Shown in pieces: positions 1 through 9,204 of a DNA stretch of 64,000 nucleotides; the first letter of the stretch is position 1, and every line of letters starts with the position of its first letter. This DNA is from Chryseobacterium sp. (GTDB lineage Bacteria > Bacteroidota > Bacteroidia > Flavobacteriales > Weeksellaceae): assembly GCA_048594965.1 (NCBI GenBank), contig JBMDXW010000242.1, positions 411 to 64,410 on the forward strand, written 5' to 3'. The position numbers were made by a program, and so were the translations under genes. The notes under the pieces are model-generated. The model did no database searches. It worked only from the letters and a program-made list of their open reading frames with translations, and was not told where the DNA came from.

Positions 1-1
1 T

Positions 2-559
2 ATGTATTATGTCAATCAGCTTGTCCTGAATGGTGAGCTGAATAATGTAGGCGCCTTCATCAGGACCAATTCCGGGAAAAGCTTCCGGAGCGGGATCGAA
101 CTGGGCGCTTTGGCTAAACTTTCCAAGCAATGGGAACTTACCGGAAATGTAAGTTTCAGCAACAACAGGAATTTAGATTTTAAAACAGAAAATAAAAACG
201 GTGTGCAGGATCTCGGAAACACGCAGATTTCCTTTTCCCCGGACGTGATCGCCAACCTCGGGATCAGGTTTAATCCGAATAAAAGCTTTCAGTTTGCTCT
301 TACCAATCAATATGTCGGAAAACAGTATCTCGACAATTCCGAAGACCGCAACCTCCAGCTGAAAGATTATTTCCTTACCGATTTTAATGCTCAATACCAA
401 TTCAAAATCCATAATAATGACATCGCCCTCAAGCTCCTGGTAAACAATATTTTCAACAGGAAATATGTAAACAACGGGGCCGTTTACGATGGCGAACCCT
501 ACTATTTTTCCCAGGCCGGAACCAATTTTATGTTTGGGATCAGCTGGAAGATTCAGTAA
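2..559 (+). CDS. TonB-dependent receptor, C-terminal beta-barrel fragment (5' end outside window)
   Basis: ORF open from the window edge. Alternating beta-strand pattern with Asn/Gly/Tyr-rich turns and a terminal strand NFMFGISWKIQ. A hairpin terminator follows. Confidence 0.7.
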   Translation: MYYVNQLVLNGELNNVGAFIRTNSGKSFRSGIELGALAKLSKQWELTGNVSFSNNRNLDFKTENKNGVQDLGNTQISFSPDVIANLGIRFNPNKSFQFALTNQYVGKQYLDNSEDRNLQLKDYFLTDFNAQYQFKIHNNDIALKLLVNNIFNRKYVNNGAVYDGEPYYFSQAGTNFMFGISWKIQ

Positions 560-607
560 TTCATCAGGCTATATTGAAATAATTATAGTAAAAAGTAAAG
601 TTAGATT

Positions 608-636
608 AAGGCTGCTTCGGCGGCCTTTTTGTTTTT
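608..636 (+). terminator. Rho-independent terminator after the TonB-receptor gene
   Basis: AAGGCTGC-TTCG-GCGGCCTT hairpin (8 bp, one G-U pair) followed by TTTTTGTTTTT. Confidence 0.75.
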
Positions 637-906
637 CAGGAGCTTGATCCTGCTATCCACTGTATCTTTTGGGTTGCCGCCACCGCGGCCATCCACCGCA
701 ACCCAAAAGGATGCCGTTTCTATCAGGGCTAGGGCAGCAGTCGTTCTTACCTGTATTTGTTCGGGTTTCAAATCTTCTTCCGGATTGACAGGATGCGGCC
801 TTTGCCGAAAGATTTCCGTAAGACAGGGCTGCTTATGTTTAAACTTACGGTTCCCGGCTGATCTCGTGTGCCAAAAGTCATGAAAAAGTCATAAATTTGC
901 TGCCAA

Positions 907-1689
907 ATGAATATTTCAGCTTACATTTTAGAATATTTAAAACAGTCCGGCAGCGTCACCGTTCCGGATTTTGGCGTGTTTTCACTGGAAAAATCAAAGG
1001 CCGTTATCAATTCCGAAAATGGAAGTATTCTTCCTCCGGCAAGTAAAATCGTGTATGCTCCGGATTACCGGGTACAGTCTGATGATCTGGCGGCTTTCAT
1101 AGCCGGACACAAACAGATGACTGTGGAGGCTTCCAAAACAGACCTCCAGATACAGACTGATTTCTGGAAGAAAAAACTGCAGGCCGATCAGATGCTTGAG
1201 ATCCAGGGACTCGGCACGATCTTTACCGAAGACGGCGAAACCCATTTCAGAGGAAACCGCCTTCAGTCGGATCACCCTGATTTTTACGGCCTGGAAGAAA
1301 TCAGGTTTTCAGATATCAGCAACAAAGAATCTCAAAAGGCGATAGACAAACCCGAAAAGGATTACCGGTTTAATAAATCCATTCTCTGGGTTTTCCTGGT
1401 TATTATTCCTGTCGCAGGCATGCTGTATGTAGCGTTTACTCAGCAGGAGCTTCTGTTTGGGAAAAAATCCTTTGATCCCGCTAAGGTTTCCGTGCAGACC
1501 ACAACGCACCGGATCCCTGATGATACCCTTAAAGTAAAGAACGTAATCCCGCCGGTACCCGCGGATTCTTTGAAAAAAGATTCCCTCAGAAAAGATTCTG
1601 TGCTAAAACAGAATATTCAGCCCGCATCCGGCCATGCGGCAAAACCAAAGACCCCTTTATACAACACTAAGAAGAAATGGCAAAAATAA
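907..1689 (+). CDS. HU-like N-terminal domain protein with one TM segment and a Lys/Pro-rich tail
   Basis: ATG start. The N-terminus YILEYLKQSGSVTVPDFGVFSL, and a second LEIQGLGTIF unit, resemble the duplicated HU-fold N-domain common in Bacteroidota. Hydrophobic segment ILWVFLVIIPVAGMLYVAF. Confidence 0.55.
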   Translation: MNISAYILEYLKQSGSVTVPDFGVFSLEKSKAVINSENGSILPPASKIVYAPDYRVQSDDLAAFIAGHKQMTVEASKTDLQIQTDFWKKKLQADQMLEIQGLGTIFTEDGETHFRGNRLQSDHPDFYGLEEIRFSDISNKESQKAIDKPEKDYRFNKSILWVFLVIIPVAGMLYVAFTQQELLFGKKSFDPAKVSVQTTTHRIPDDTLKVKNVIPPVPADSLKKDSLRKDSVLKQNIQPASGHAAKPKTPLYNTKKKWQK

Positions 1690-2201
1690 AAAAAGCGTCA
1701 GACTCACTGACGGTGATGACCAATATCGTACTTCCCAATGATACCAACCAGCTGAGAAACCTCTTCGGAGGCGAGCTGCTGGCAAGAATGGACCGGTGTG
1801 CATCGATTTCCGCAACAAGACATTGTGAAAGAAGGGTTGTCACGGCTTCCGTGAATCACGTTTCGTTCGATCATCCCATTCCCGAAGGTGGAATTGTCGT
1901 CATGGAATCCAAAGTTTCCAGAGCATTTTCCACTTCCATGGAAATCTATGTGGACGTATGGCTGGACGATCCTATTAATCACAAAAAAATTCAGACCAAC
2001 AAAGGAATCTACACTTTTGTGGCAGTAGACGAATTTAACCGTCCGATCCCGATTCCTGAAATGGAACCCGAAACTGATCTCGAAAAAGAAAGATATGCGG
2101 CAGCCCTCAGAAGAAAAGAACTTTCGCTTATCCTTTCCGGAAGAATGAAGCCGTCTGAATCCATTGAGCTTAAAAAGCTTTTCGGAGAAGAACCTAAATA
2201 A
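1677..2201 (+). CDS. Acyl-CoA thioesterase (hotdog fold, YciA-like)
   Basis: TNIVLPNDTNQLRNLFGGELLARMD and VTASVNHVSFDHPI are typical of acyl-CoA hydrolases. Overlaps the upstream gene by 13 nt. Confidence 0.8.
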   Translation: MAKIKKASDSLTVMTNIVLPNDTNQLRNLFGGELLARMDRCASISATRHCERRVVTASVNHVSFDHPIPEGGIVVMESKVSRAFSTSMEIYVDVWLDDPINHKKIQTNKGIYTFVAVDEFNRPIPIPEMEPETDLEKERYAAALRRKELSLILSGRMKPSESIELKKLFGEEPK

Positions 2202-2550
2202 CTTCTTTCAATGAAAGGCAACAAAAAATTAATGTTACAATTACCGATAGAACCGACAGGAATACTTGTCGGTTTTTTATTGCTGATTCCGAAGAGGTTT
2301 CCAAATAATTGTTGCTTTTACTAAACATTTTCTCTGGAAAGAATATCGGTACTGCAAAAAGACAAAGAAGTATGAAATTAACTCCTGCTTCAAGCCATAA
2401 AAAGTTTTTGCTTCCAAAACCATCCGGCCCATTCCCCGAATAATGAATAGGTATAGTTTCCGGCACAGACGGAAACTTTACACTTAACACAATGACAGAT
2501 GCTAAAAGCAGCAGTATGGAGATTCCGAAGATAATTTTATGTAGCTTCAT
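2194..2550 (-). CDS. Small membrane protein (DUF1648-like)
   Basis: Start taken at the internal ATG (MKLHKIIFGISILLLL). Four hydrophobic segments and an IPIHYSGNGPDGFGSK motif. Converges on and overlaps the thioesterase 3' end by 8 nt. Confidence 0.5.
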   Translation of the reverse strand: MKLHKIIFGISILLLLASVIVLSVKFPSVPETIPIHYSGNGPDGFGSKNFLWLEAGVNFILLCLFAVPIFFPEKMFSKSNNYLETSSESAIKNRQVFLSVLSVIVTLIFCCLSLKEVI

Positions 2551-2642
2551 GAAAGGAAATTGAAAAAATCTATCCTGCAAAAGCGGTTTCTAAATCCTTG
2601 TGACTTACCTTTGCATCACAAATATAACGAATAATATCTTCC

Positions 2643-3593
2643 ATGAAAATATTGCTTCTTGATAAGAACCATCCTCTGATTACCGAACAGCTTTTGGCTA
2701 AAAATTTTATTCTTGAAGAAGATTTTACGTCCTCTTATGATGAGGTTTGTAAGAAAATCGAAGATTATGATGGGATCATCATCAGAAGCAGAATTCCTTT
2801 GGACAAAAACTTTTTGGAGAAAGCAAAAAATCTGAAATTCATTGCAAGAGTAGGCGCGGGCATGGAAAACATTGATATTCCTGTAGCGGAAAAGCTTGGC
2901 ATTCAGCTGATTAACTCTCCGGAAGGAAACCGCGATTCCGTGGCGGAACATGTGGTCGGAATGCTTCTTATCCTGATGAACCGTCTTTTTATTGCCTCCC
3001 AGGAAGTGAAAAACGGAATCTGGCTTCGTGAGGAAAACAGAGGCGATGAGCTGCTGGGCAAAACAGTCGGTCTTATCGGTTATGGAAATATGGGTAAAGC
3101 AACTGCGAAGAGGCTTTCGGGTTTCGGATGTCAGGTGATTTTCCATGATCTTCTTCCGGGACTGTCAGACGAATATGCAACACAGGTTTCTCTGGAAGAA
3201 CTTAAAGAAAAAGCAGAAGTCCTGAGCCTCCATATTCCGCTGAACGAGGAATCTTATTACCTGGTCGATGGCCCTTTCATCGCAGAGATGAAGAATGATT
3301 TTTATTTTGTGAATACCGCCAGGGGAAAAAATGTGGAAACCAAAAGTCTGGTAGAAGCTTTAAAATCCGGAAAAGTAAAAGGGGCATGCCTCGATGTTCT
3401 GGAATACGAGAAGTCTTCTTTCGAAAAGCTGGAAACTGAAAATGAAGACCTTCAGTTTCTCCTGCAATCCGAAAAAGTAATAGTAACTCCGCATATCGCA
3501 GGATGGACGGTACAGAGTAAGGAAAAATTAGCGCAGGTAATCGTTGATAAAATCGTGTCCCGGTTTTCAGAGAACTTTCCGTCTATCCACTGA
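2643..3593 (+). CDS. D-isomer-specific 2-hydroxyacid dehydrogenase (phosphoglycerate dehydrogenase family)
   Basis: NAD-binding GLIGYGNMG, and the catalytic region VIVTPHIAGWT. Confidence 0.85.
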   Translation: MKILLLDKNHPLITEQLLAKNFILEEDFTSSYDEVCKKIEDYDGIIIRSRIPLDKNFLEKAKNLKFIARVGAGMENIDIPVAEKLGIQLINSPEGNRDSVAEHVVGMLLILMNRLFIASQEVKNGIWLREENRGDELLGKTVGLIGYGNMGKATAKRLSGFGCQVIFHDLLPGLSDEYATQVSLEELKEKAEVLSLHIPLNEESYYLVDGPFIAEMKNDFYFVNTARGKNVETKSLVEALKSGKVKGACLDVLEYEKSSFEKLETENEDLQFLLQSEKVIVTPHIAGWTVQSKEKLAQVIVDKIVSRFSENFPSIH

Positions 3594-3709
3594 TCATTAT
3601 TTTGAGGTAAATTTTGAAGCATCTATTTTATGTTAAATAATTCATAATATATATCCAATATTTACTCATTATTTTGAGTTTTATTAAATTGCCGCTCATT
3701 TTGAAATTC

Positions 3710-4972
3710 ATGAGGATGCGTAATTTTGTACTTGCTGTCACCGCCTGTTTACTGTTTTTTTCCTGTAAAAATAAACCTGAAAATCAGGAAAATGTCGTGG
3801 AAAGCACGACCCATCTTCCGAATTACGGAAATGTAGATTTAAGTAAAGTTTTCACGAAAGAAGATGGTAAAGTTCCCAATAAAGCATCTCTCTCAGGATA
3901 CATCGATCAGTATTACAAAAGAGTCTGGGAAAGAGGCGATCTGAGCGGCGGAATTCTGGTAGCGAAAGGGGATGAGATCCTTTATGAAAACTACAGGGGA
4001 TTTGCAAGAGAAGGGAACCAGAATCCTATCGGCAAAGATACTCCGCTTCATGTCGCTTCAGTCTCCAAAACACTTACGGCAATGGCCATGCTCAAGCTTG
4101 TGGAAGCAGGAAAGATCAGCCTGTCTGATCACCTGACAAAGTTTTTTCCGGGTTTTCCTTATCCGAATGTAACGGTGAAAACGCTCCTCGACCAGAGAAG
4201 CGGCCTTCCGAAATACGAATACTTTATCACTAAAATACAGCCGGCACCCGCCGAGCTTTCCAAAACGTTCATTACCAATCAGGATGTTCTGAATATGCTC
4301 ATCAAATATAAGCCCGATCTGGCCAGAGAAACAGATACCGGTTTTATGTACTGCAATACCAATTTTGCAATGCTGGCTCTGCTGATCGAAAAAGTGACCC
4401 AAACCCCTTTTCCGCAGGCAATGAAAGAAATGGTGTTTGATCCGCTGAAAATGAAACATACCTTCATCTTCCAGGAAAAAGATATTCCTACTGCCTCACA
4501 GTCGTTTTATTATGGCGGAAAAAGGCTGTATCCGTTAGACCGTCTGGATCTTATTTACGGCGACAAAAATGTGTATACCACCCCAAGAGATCTTTATAAT
4601 TTCTCCAAAGCCATGTTTTCCAAAGATTTTTTAAAGCCGGAACTCATGGAGCAGGTATTTACCCCTTACAGCAATGAAAAATTCGGAATGAACAACTATG
4701 GTCTGGGATTCAGGATGAAAATTTTTGACAATGGTGAAAAACTTACCTATCATAATGGATGGTGGCATGGAACCAACTCTGTTTTTGCCCATCTTTTAAA
4801 ATCAAAAGTTACGATTGTTGCGATCGGAAACAGGTATTCAGGCAAGGTTTATACGGCACTCGCGCTTTCGGGATTGTTTGAAGATTTTCCGCCTCAGAAA
4901 GAAAAGCTGCACAGTGTGATGAGTGACGATAAAGATACATTGAAAGGTCATGGCGAAGTTTATGGAGAATAA
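3710..4972 (+). CDS. Serine hydrolase, beta-lactamase / PBP class C-like, secreted lipoprotein
   Basis: SxxK motif ASVSKT and YxN motif YCNTN. Signal and lipobox LLFFSC. Start moved from the track's non-ATG start (3674) to the internal ATG. Confidence 0.8.
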   Translation: MRMRNFVLAVTACLLFFSCKNKPENQENVVESTTHLPNYGNVDLSKVFTKEDGKVPNKASLSGYIDQYYKRVWERGDLSGGILVAKGDEILYENYRGFAREGNQNPIGKDTPLHVASVSKTLTAMAMLKLVEAGKISLSDHLTKFFPGFPYPNVTVKTLLDQRSGLPKYEYFITKIQPAPAELSKTFITNQDVLNMLIKYKPDLARETDTGFMYCNTNFAMLALLIEKVTQTPFPQAMKEMVFDPLKMKHTFIFQEKDIPTASQSFYYGGKRLYPLDRLDLIYGDKNVYTTPRDLYNFSKAMFSKDFLKPELMEQVFTPYSNEKFGMNNYGLGFRMKIFDNGEKLTYHNGWWHGTNSVFAHLLKSKVTIVAIGNRYSGKVYTALALSGLFEDFPPQKEKLHSVMSDDKDTLKGHGEVYGE

Positions 4973-4997
4973 TGTTTATTTTTGCGTAAACCTATTC

Positions 4998-6749
4998 ATG
5001 AGAAAACTTCTTTTTTTATTGGTCATTGGCTTTCTTTTGCAGTCGTGCGCAAGAGTAGGATCGCCTGTAGGCGGCCCGAAAGATACGCTGGCTCCTAAAT
5101 TTTTAAGCTCAAATATAGACAGTGCGAGAATTAATGTTCCGAGAGATATTAAGGAGCTGCGTATTGATTTCGACGAATATGTCACGCTGAAAGATATCTA
5201 TAAAAATCTTAGTATTTCTCCGCCGATCCAGAATATTACCAGGATCATTCCTTCCAATATCGCCAATAAGTTTGTGCTGATCCAGTGGAAAGATACTTTG
5301 CAGGCAAATACGACGTATAATTTTAATTTCGGTAATTCAATAGCGGATAATAATGAAAACAACGTTCTGCGGTATTTCAATTTTGCATTTTCTACCGGTG
5401 ATAAGCTGGACGATCTTTACATCAGCGGGGAAGTGAGGGATGCCTTGTCCATTAAGAAAGAAACGGAGAATAAGCTTGTTGTGGGCCTCTATCAGGTAAA
5501 AGATACGATGAATTACAAGCAGAAACCGTATTATATTACAAAGGTTGACGATGATGGATATTACGAGCTGAATTATCTGGCACCGGGCAAGTACAGGATT
5601 ATTGCCTTTGAGGATGCCAATGGAAATTCCATTTTTGACCAGGGAAAAGAAAAGGTAGGGTTTCAGAAAGATCCGGTAGTGATAGAGAAATCTATTTCAG
5701 GGCTGAATTTAAAGGTATATCCATCCAGGAAACCTGTGAAGTATCTTGAAATGAAAGAAGCTCCGGGAGGTGCTTTAATGGCATTTGAAGGGAAGCCCGA
5801 CAGTGTACGGGTAAAATCACAGAATGAAAAACTTACCGATTATCAGGTAACGCATATGCCAAAATCAGATACGGTAAGGATATGGTTCGATGCCGTAAAA
5901 AGCAACATCGGGCAGAATGGCGTGGAGAATTTAAAATTCGGATATAATGCCGGAACGAAAAAAGATACCATGTACACCGCTTCTCTTTTCTATCGTTACA
6001 ATGCCAAAAACAATATGGATGTAAACAGCGATAACGGTGGCGGGATGCTGGCTCCGAAACAGGATTTCAGAATCAGCTCAAACTATTACATCAATAAGAT
6101 CAGTACCGATAAATGGATCTTCAGAGCGGAAGGAGACAGCCTGAATACGGTCCCTTTCAGCGCCAAAATCTCTGAAACCAATCCTTACCAGATTGTTGTG
6201 AATGCTGATTTTGTGTCAGGCAAAAAATACCAGCTTACCATTCCTAAAGAGACCGTTTCCTCATTCTACACCAGAAATTATCAGTCAAAACGTTTTGATT
6301 TTGAGGTGGATAAAGTTGAAAATTACGGAAGCTTAACCTTTAAGCTCGAAAATGCCCCGGCCTCCAGTTATTGGATTCAACTGCTGGATCCTTCGGATAA
6401 AGTGCTTTATCAGAAATATACGAAAGGAAATGAGGTGAAATTTGATATCCTCCGGCCCGGTGAATATATTGTAAGGATACTGGCTGATACCAATGAGAAT
6501 AAGCACTGGGACGAAGCTGATTTTCAGAATGATGTATTTGCGGAAGATTCCTATATTTATTATAAAACGGCTATTGTGCGGCCTTTATGGGACAGCAATG
6601 AAAGCTGGGATCTGAAGGACACACGAGTTCTTGATACCTCAAAAATGAGTACTCCCAAAACAGACGAAACTGAAATACAACCGTCAACAGGCAACGGATT
6701 CCGCTCTGACATTAAAACAGGGAGCTCATCTCTGACCCCGGCCCGGTAA
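4998..6749 (+). CDS. Ig-like domain lipoprotein (SbsA-Ig-type N-terminus)
   Basis: Signal and lipobox GFLLQSCA followed by VGSPVGGPKDTLAPKF. Beta-rich throughout. Start moved to the internal ATG (MRKLLFLLV). Confidence 0.55.
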   Translation: MRKLLFLLVIGFLLQSCARVGSPVGGPKDTLAPKFLSSNIDSARINVPRDIKELRIDFDEYVTLKDIYKNLSISPPIQNITRIIPSNIANKFVLIQWKDTLQANTTYNFNFGNSIADNNENNVLRYFNFAFSTGDKLDDLYISGEVRDALSIKKETENKLVVGLYQVKDTMNYKQKPYYITKVDDDGYYELNYLAPGKYRIIAFEDANGNSIFDQGKEKVGFQKDPVVIEKSISGLNLKVYPSRKPVKYLEMKEAPGGALMAFEGKPDSVRVKSQNEKLTDYQVTHMPKSDTVRIWFDAVKSNIGQNGVENLKFGYNAGTKKDTMYTASLFYRYNAKNNMDVNSDNGGGMLAPKQDFRISSNYYINKISTDKWIFRAEGDSLNTVPFSAKISETNPYQIVVNADFVSGKKYQLTIPKETVSSFYTRNYQSKRFDFEVDKVENYGSLTFKLENAPASSYWIQLLDPSDKVLYQKYTKGNEVKFDILRPGEYIVRILADTNENKHWDEADFQNDVFAEDSYIYYKTAIVRPLWDSNESWDLKDTRVLDTSKMSTPKTDETEIQPSTGNGFRSDIKTGSSSLTPAR

Positions 6750-6751
6750 AC

Positions 6752-7210
6752 ATGAAAACATTTAAAAAAATACTTTTCTGGTGTCTTATAGGATTTGCGC
6801 TGATCCAGTTTATTCCTACCGATAAAACGAACCGGCCGGTCGATCGCAAAGTGAATTTTATAGATGTAAAAAAAACACCTCCGAAGGTCTCAGAACTTAT
6901 GAAAGGAGCTTGTTATGACTGCCACTCGAATGAAACGGTATACCCGAAATACGCTTATGTAGCTCCCGTTTCATGGTCGGTTAAAAGCCATGTCAATGAG
7001 GGGCGCGAACATCTCAATTTTTCCGTCTGGGAAACCTACAATGATGATCTGAAGAAAAGCATGCTGGAAAAATCCGTGCAGACCCTACAAAATAAAACGA
7101 TGCCCATGCCCGGATATATCGTATATCACGACAAAGCCAATTTATCTGATGCAGAAAGAACCCTGCTCATCAGGTATTTTGAAGAAATGCTTACCGCGAA
7201 GAAGTATTGA
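6752..7210 (+). CDS. Heme-binding-domain protein (single CxxCH)
   Basis: N-terminal TM or signal segment, CYDCHS heme-c type motif, WSVKSHVNEGREHLNFS and KTMPMPGY. Confidence 0.65.
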   Translation: MKTFKKILFWCLIGFALIQFIPTDKTNRPVDRKVNFIDVKKTPPKVSELMKGACYDCHSNETVYPKYAYVAPVSWSVKSHVNEGREHLNFSVWETYNDDLKKSMLEKSVQTLQNKTMPMPGYIVYHDKANLSDAERTLLIRYFEEMLTAKKY

Positions 7211-7231
7211 TACGATACAATGAAATAAAAA

Positions 7232-7290
7232 CTCCCGCTGACTTAGAAAATACTGTCATAACCTTCTAAATCGGCGGGAGAATTTTTTTT
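7232..7290 (+). terminator. Rho-independent terminator
   Basis: About 17-bp stem, CTCCCGCTGACTTAGAA / TTCTAAATCGGCGGGAG, with one mismatch and one G-U pair and a 15-nt loop. A T8 run follows. Confidence 0.7.
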
Positions 7291-7301
7291 AAAAGCTAAC
7301 C

Positions 7302-7817
7302 TTAGATATTCTTTATATACTCTTCAAAAAAATTTTTCTGCGAATCAAAAGCGATGTCTTCGAGCTTTAATTCTTTTAAATCGATCCATACCGATTCAGA
7401 AATTTCAGACAGCTCCAGATTGACTTCAAATTTTTCTGACACCTCGTATTCGTAAAACAGATCGATCGTATGATAATCTATTTCCTTATACTGGTAAATA
7501 TTGGGCAGACTCGTCAGGTACTTTAATTTTGAAATATCAACCTCAAGCTTTAGCTCTTCAAAGAGTTCTCTTTTACAGGCTTCTTCAGCGCTTTCCCGGG
7601 GGTCTACAAATCCTCCTGCGAGGTCAAGTTTTCCTTTTTTAGGATCCCTGTTTCTGCGGGTCAGAAAAATTTCGTTTCCAAACCGTATGATAACCGCTAC
7701 TGCACCGGCTACATTATTGTAAAGCCTGAAATTGCAGTTGGGGCAGCTCCATTTCTTTTCGCCGTCCCATTGTAGAGATTCTTTGCCGCAGCTTGGGCAG
7801 TATTTCAATATTTTCAT
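7302..7817 (-). CDS. NUDIX hydrolase with N-terminal zinc ribbon
   Basis: CPSCG...CPNC zinc ribbon, and Nudix box GGFVDPRESAEEACKRELFEELKL. Confidence 0.85.
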   Translation of the reverse strand: MKILKYCPSCGKESLQWDGEKKWSCPNCNFRLYNNVAGAVAVIIRFGNEIFLTRRNRDPKKGKLDLAGGFVDPRESAEEACKRELFEELKLEVDISKLKYLTSLPNIYQYKEIDYHTIDLFYEYEVSEKFEVNLELSEISESVWIDLKELKLEDIAFDSQKNFFEEYIKNI

Positions 7818-8728
7818 TAGATGGTATTAAGATTTCTGGGGTGGTAATGTAAGATAACATCCCGTAGCTCTTCCGTTTTCAAATGGGTATAAATTTCCGT
7901 AGTGGTAATACTGGAATGGCCCAGCATTTCCTGAATATAACGGAGATCCGCACCATTCTGCAAAAGGTGTGTCGCAAAGGAATGCCGGAAAGTATGGGGT
8001 GAGATCTTCTTGCTTACGCCCGCCTTATCCGTAAGTTCTTTAATAATGACAAATACAATGACCCTGGACATTGAAGTGCCTCTGCTGTTCAGAAACAGGG
8101 TGTCTTCATGTCTTTTCCCTGCCTTTACTGTTGAACGTATCTCGGAAATGTAGGTCTGCAGAAGTTTTGCCGTATAGTCTGCTAATGGGACAAAACGGGT
8201 TTTATTCCCTTTTCCCACTACTTTTATGTACTTTTCCCTGAAGTTGATGTTTGAGATCTTCAGATCAATCAGTTCTGAAACACGCAGTCCGCAGCCGTAA
8301 AGTACTTCGATGATGCACTGATTTCTCCTGCCGAGGTCAGAGTTCAATTCTATGGCACTGATGATTTTGTTGATGTCCGGAAGGCTTAGGGTATCCGGAA
8401 GATAAAGTCCCAGTTTCGGTCCTTCCAGCAAAGTGGCGGGATTGTCTTCACGAAACTCATCTTCCAGAAGATATCGGAAGAATGCTTTTATGGAAGAGAT
8501 CCACCGTGCCTGAGACCGTTCGCTGAATTTTTGTTTGGAAAGATTGAAGATGTATTCCTGGAGGTGTTCGTAGGCTATAGTGTCGGGTCCTACATTTTCC
8601 AGATCTTCTTCGGCGTATTCTTTTAATTTTTTGATGTCACGAATGTACGCGTCGAGCGTGTTTTCTGAAAAGTTTCTTTCGAAGCGAAGAAAGATTTCAA
8701 AATCCTTAATTTTTTCATCCCAAGTCAT
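7817..8728 (-). CDS. xerD: Tyrosine site-specific recombinase XerD
   Basis: Catalytic region HTFRHSFATHLL...LGHSSITTTEIYTH and LYGCGLRVSEL. About 300 aa. Flanked only by housekeeping genes. Confidence 0.8.
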   Translation of the reverse strand: MTWDEKIKDFEIFLRFERNFSENTLDAYIRDIKKLKEYAEEDLENVGPDTIAYEHLQEYIFNLSKQKFSERSQARWISSIKAFFRYLLEDEFREDNPATLLEGPKLGLYLPDTLSLPDINKIISAIELNSDLGRRNQCIIEVLYGCGLRVSELIDLKISNINFREKYIKVVGKGNKTRFVPLADYTAKLLQTYISEIRSTVKAGKRHEDTLFLNSRGTSMSRVIVFVIIKELTDKAGVSKKISPHTFRHSFATHLLQNGADLRYIQEMLGHSSITTTEIYTHLKTEELRDVILHYHPRNLNTI

Positions 8729-8734
8729 GTTGTG

Positions 8735-9157
8735 TTATTTTTTTAGTTCATAATCCGAAATCTGGATTATTTCAATACCATGGTTTCTTAAAAATGATAT
8801 TCCGTCGTCATCCGAATACTCATTGATATATACAAGCCGGGTGATTCCCGCCTGTAAAATGAGTTTACTGCATTCTTTGCACGGAGAGAGCGTTAAATAC
8901 AAGGTTGCACCTTTCGCAGATTGTGTGGAAGCCGCCAGCTTTAAAATAGCATTGGCCTCTGCATGAAGTACGTACCAGTGTGTTTTGCCCTCGCTGTCCT
9001 CACAGCAGTTTTCGAACCCTGAAGGGGTACCATTGTAACCATCTGAAATAATCATCCTATCTTTTACGATAAGAGCTCCTACCTGCTTTCGTTTACAGTA
9101 GGAGAGTTTTGCCCATTCCTGAGCCATTTTTAGATAAGCTTTATCAAACTTATTCAT
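8735..9157 (-). CDS. Deoxycytidylate (dCMP) deaminase
   Basis: Zinc-binding motifs HAEANAI and PCKECSK. Confidence 0.85.
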   Translation of the reverse strand: MNKFDKAYLKMAQEWAKLSYCKRKQVGALIVKDRMIISDGYNGTPSGFENCCEDSEGKTHWYVLHAEANAILKLAASTQSAKGATLYLTLSPCKECSKLILQAGITRLVYINEYSDDDGISFLRNHGIEIIQISDYELKK

Positions 9158-9204
9158 ACCGCAGCACCGTTTTTTTCGAAATAATTTTTGTATTAAGGAA
9201 GTCG

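Noticed and set aside
629-883. 84-aa plus-strand ORF in the G+C-rich spacer
   Set aside because: Cys/Arg/Ser/Leu-rich low-complexity translation with no motif. Its codon usage is unlike the neighbouring genes, and it spans strong hairpins. It looks like a by-product of G+C-rich non-coding DNA.
601-888. Stop-free minus-strand frame of about 95 codons (…RTTAALALIETASFWVAVDGRGGGNPKDTVDSRIKLLKN…)
   Set aside because: No ATG; the best start is a TTG giving 56 aa. The frame reads through the terminator hairpin of the converging gene. I recognise no family. It is kept only as an alternative explanation within the finding on 637-906.
7817-8728. Tyrosine recombinase as a possible integrase of a mobile element
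   Set aside because: Its length and motifs fit housekeeping XerD. It is flanked by NUDIX and dCMP deaminase genes. I saw no att-like repeats, tRNA target or cargo genes.
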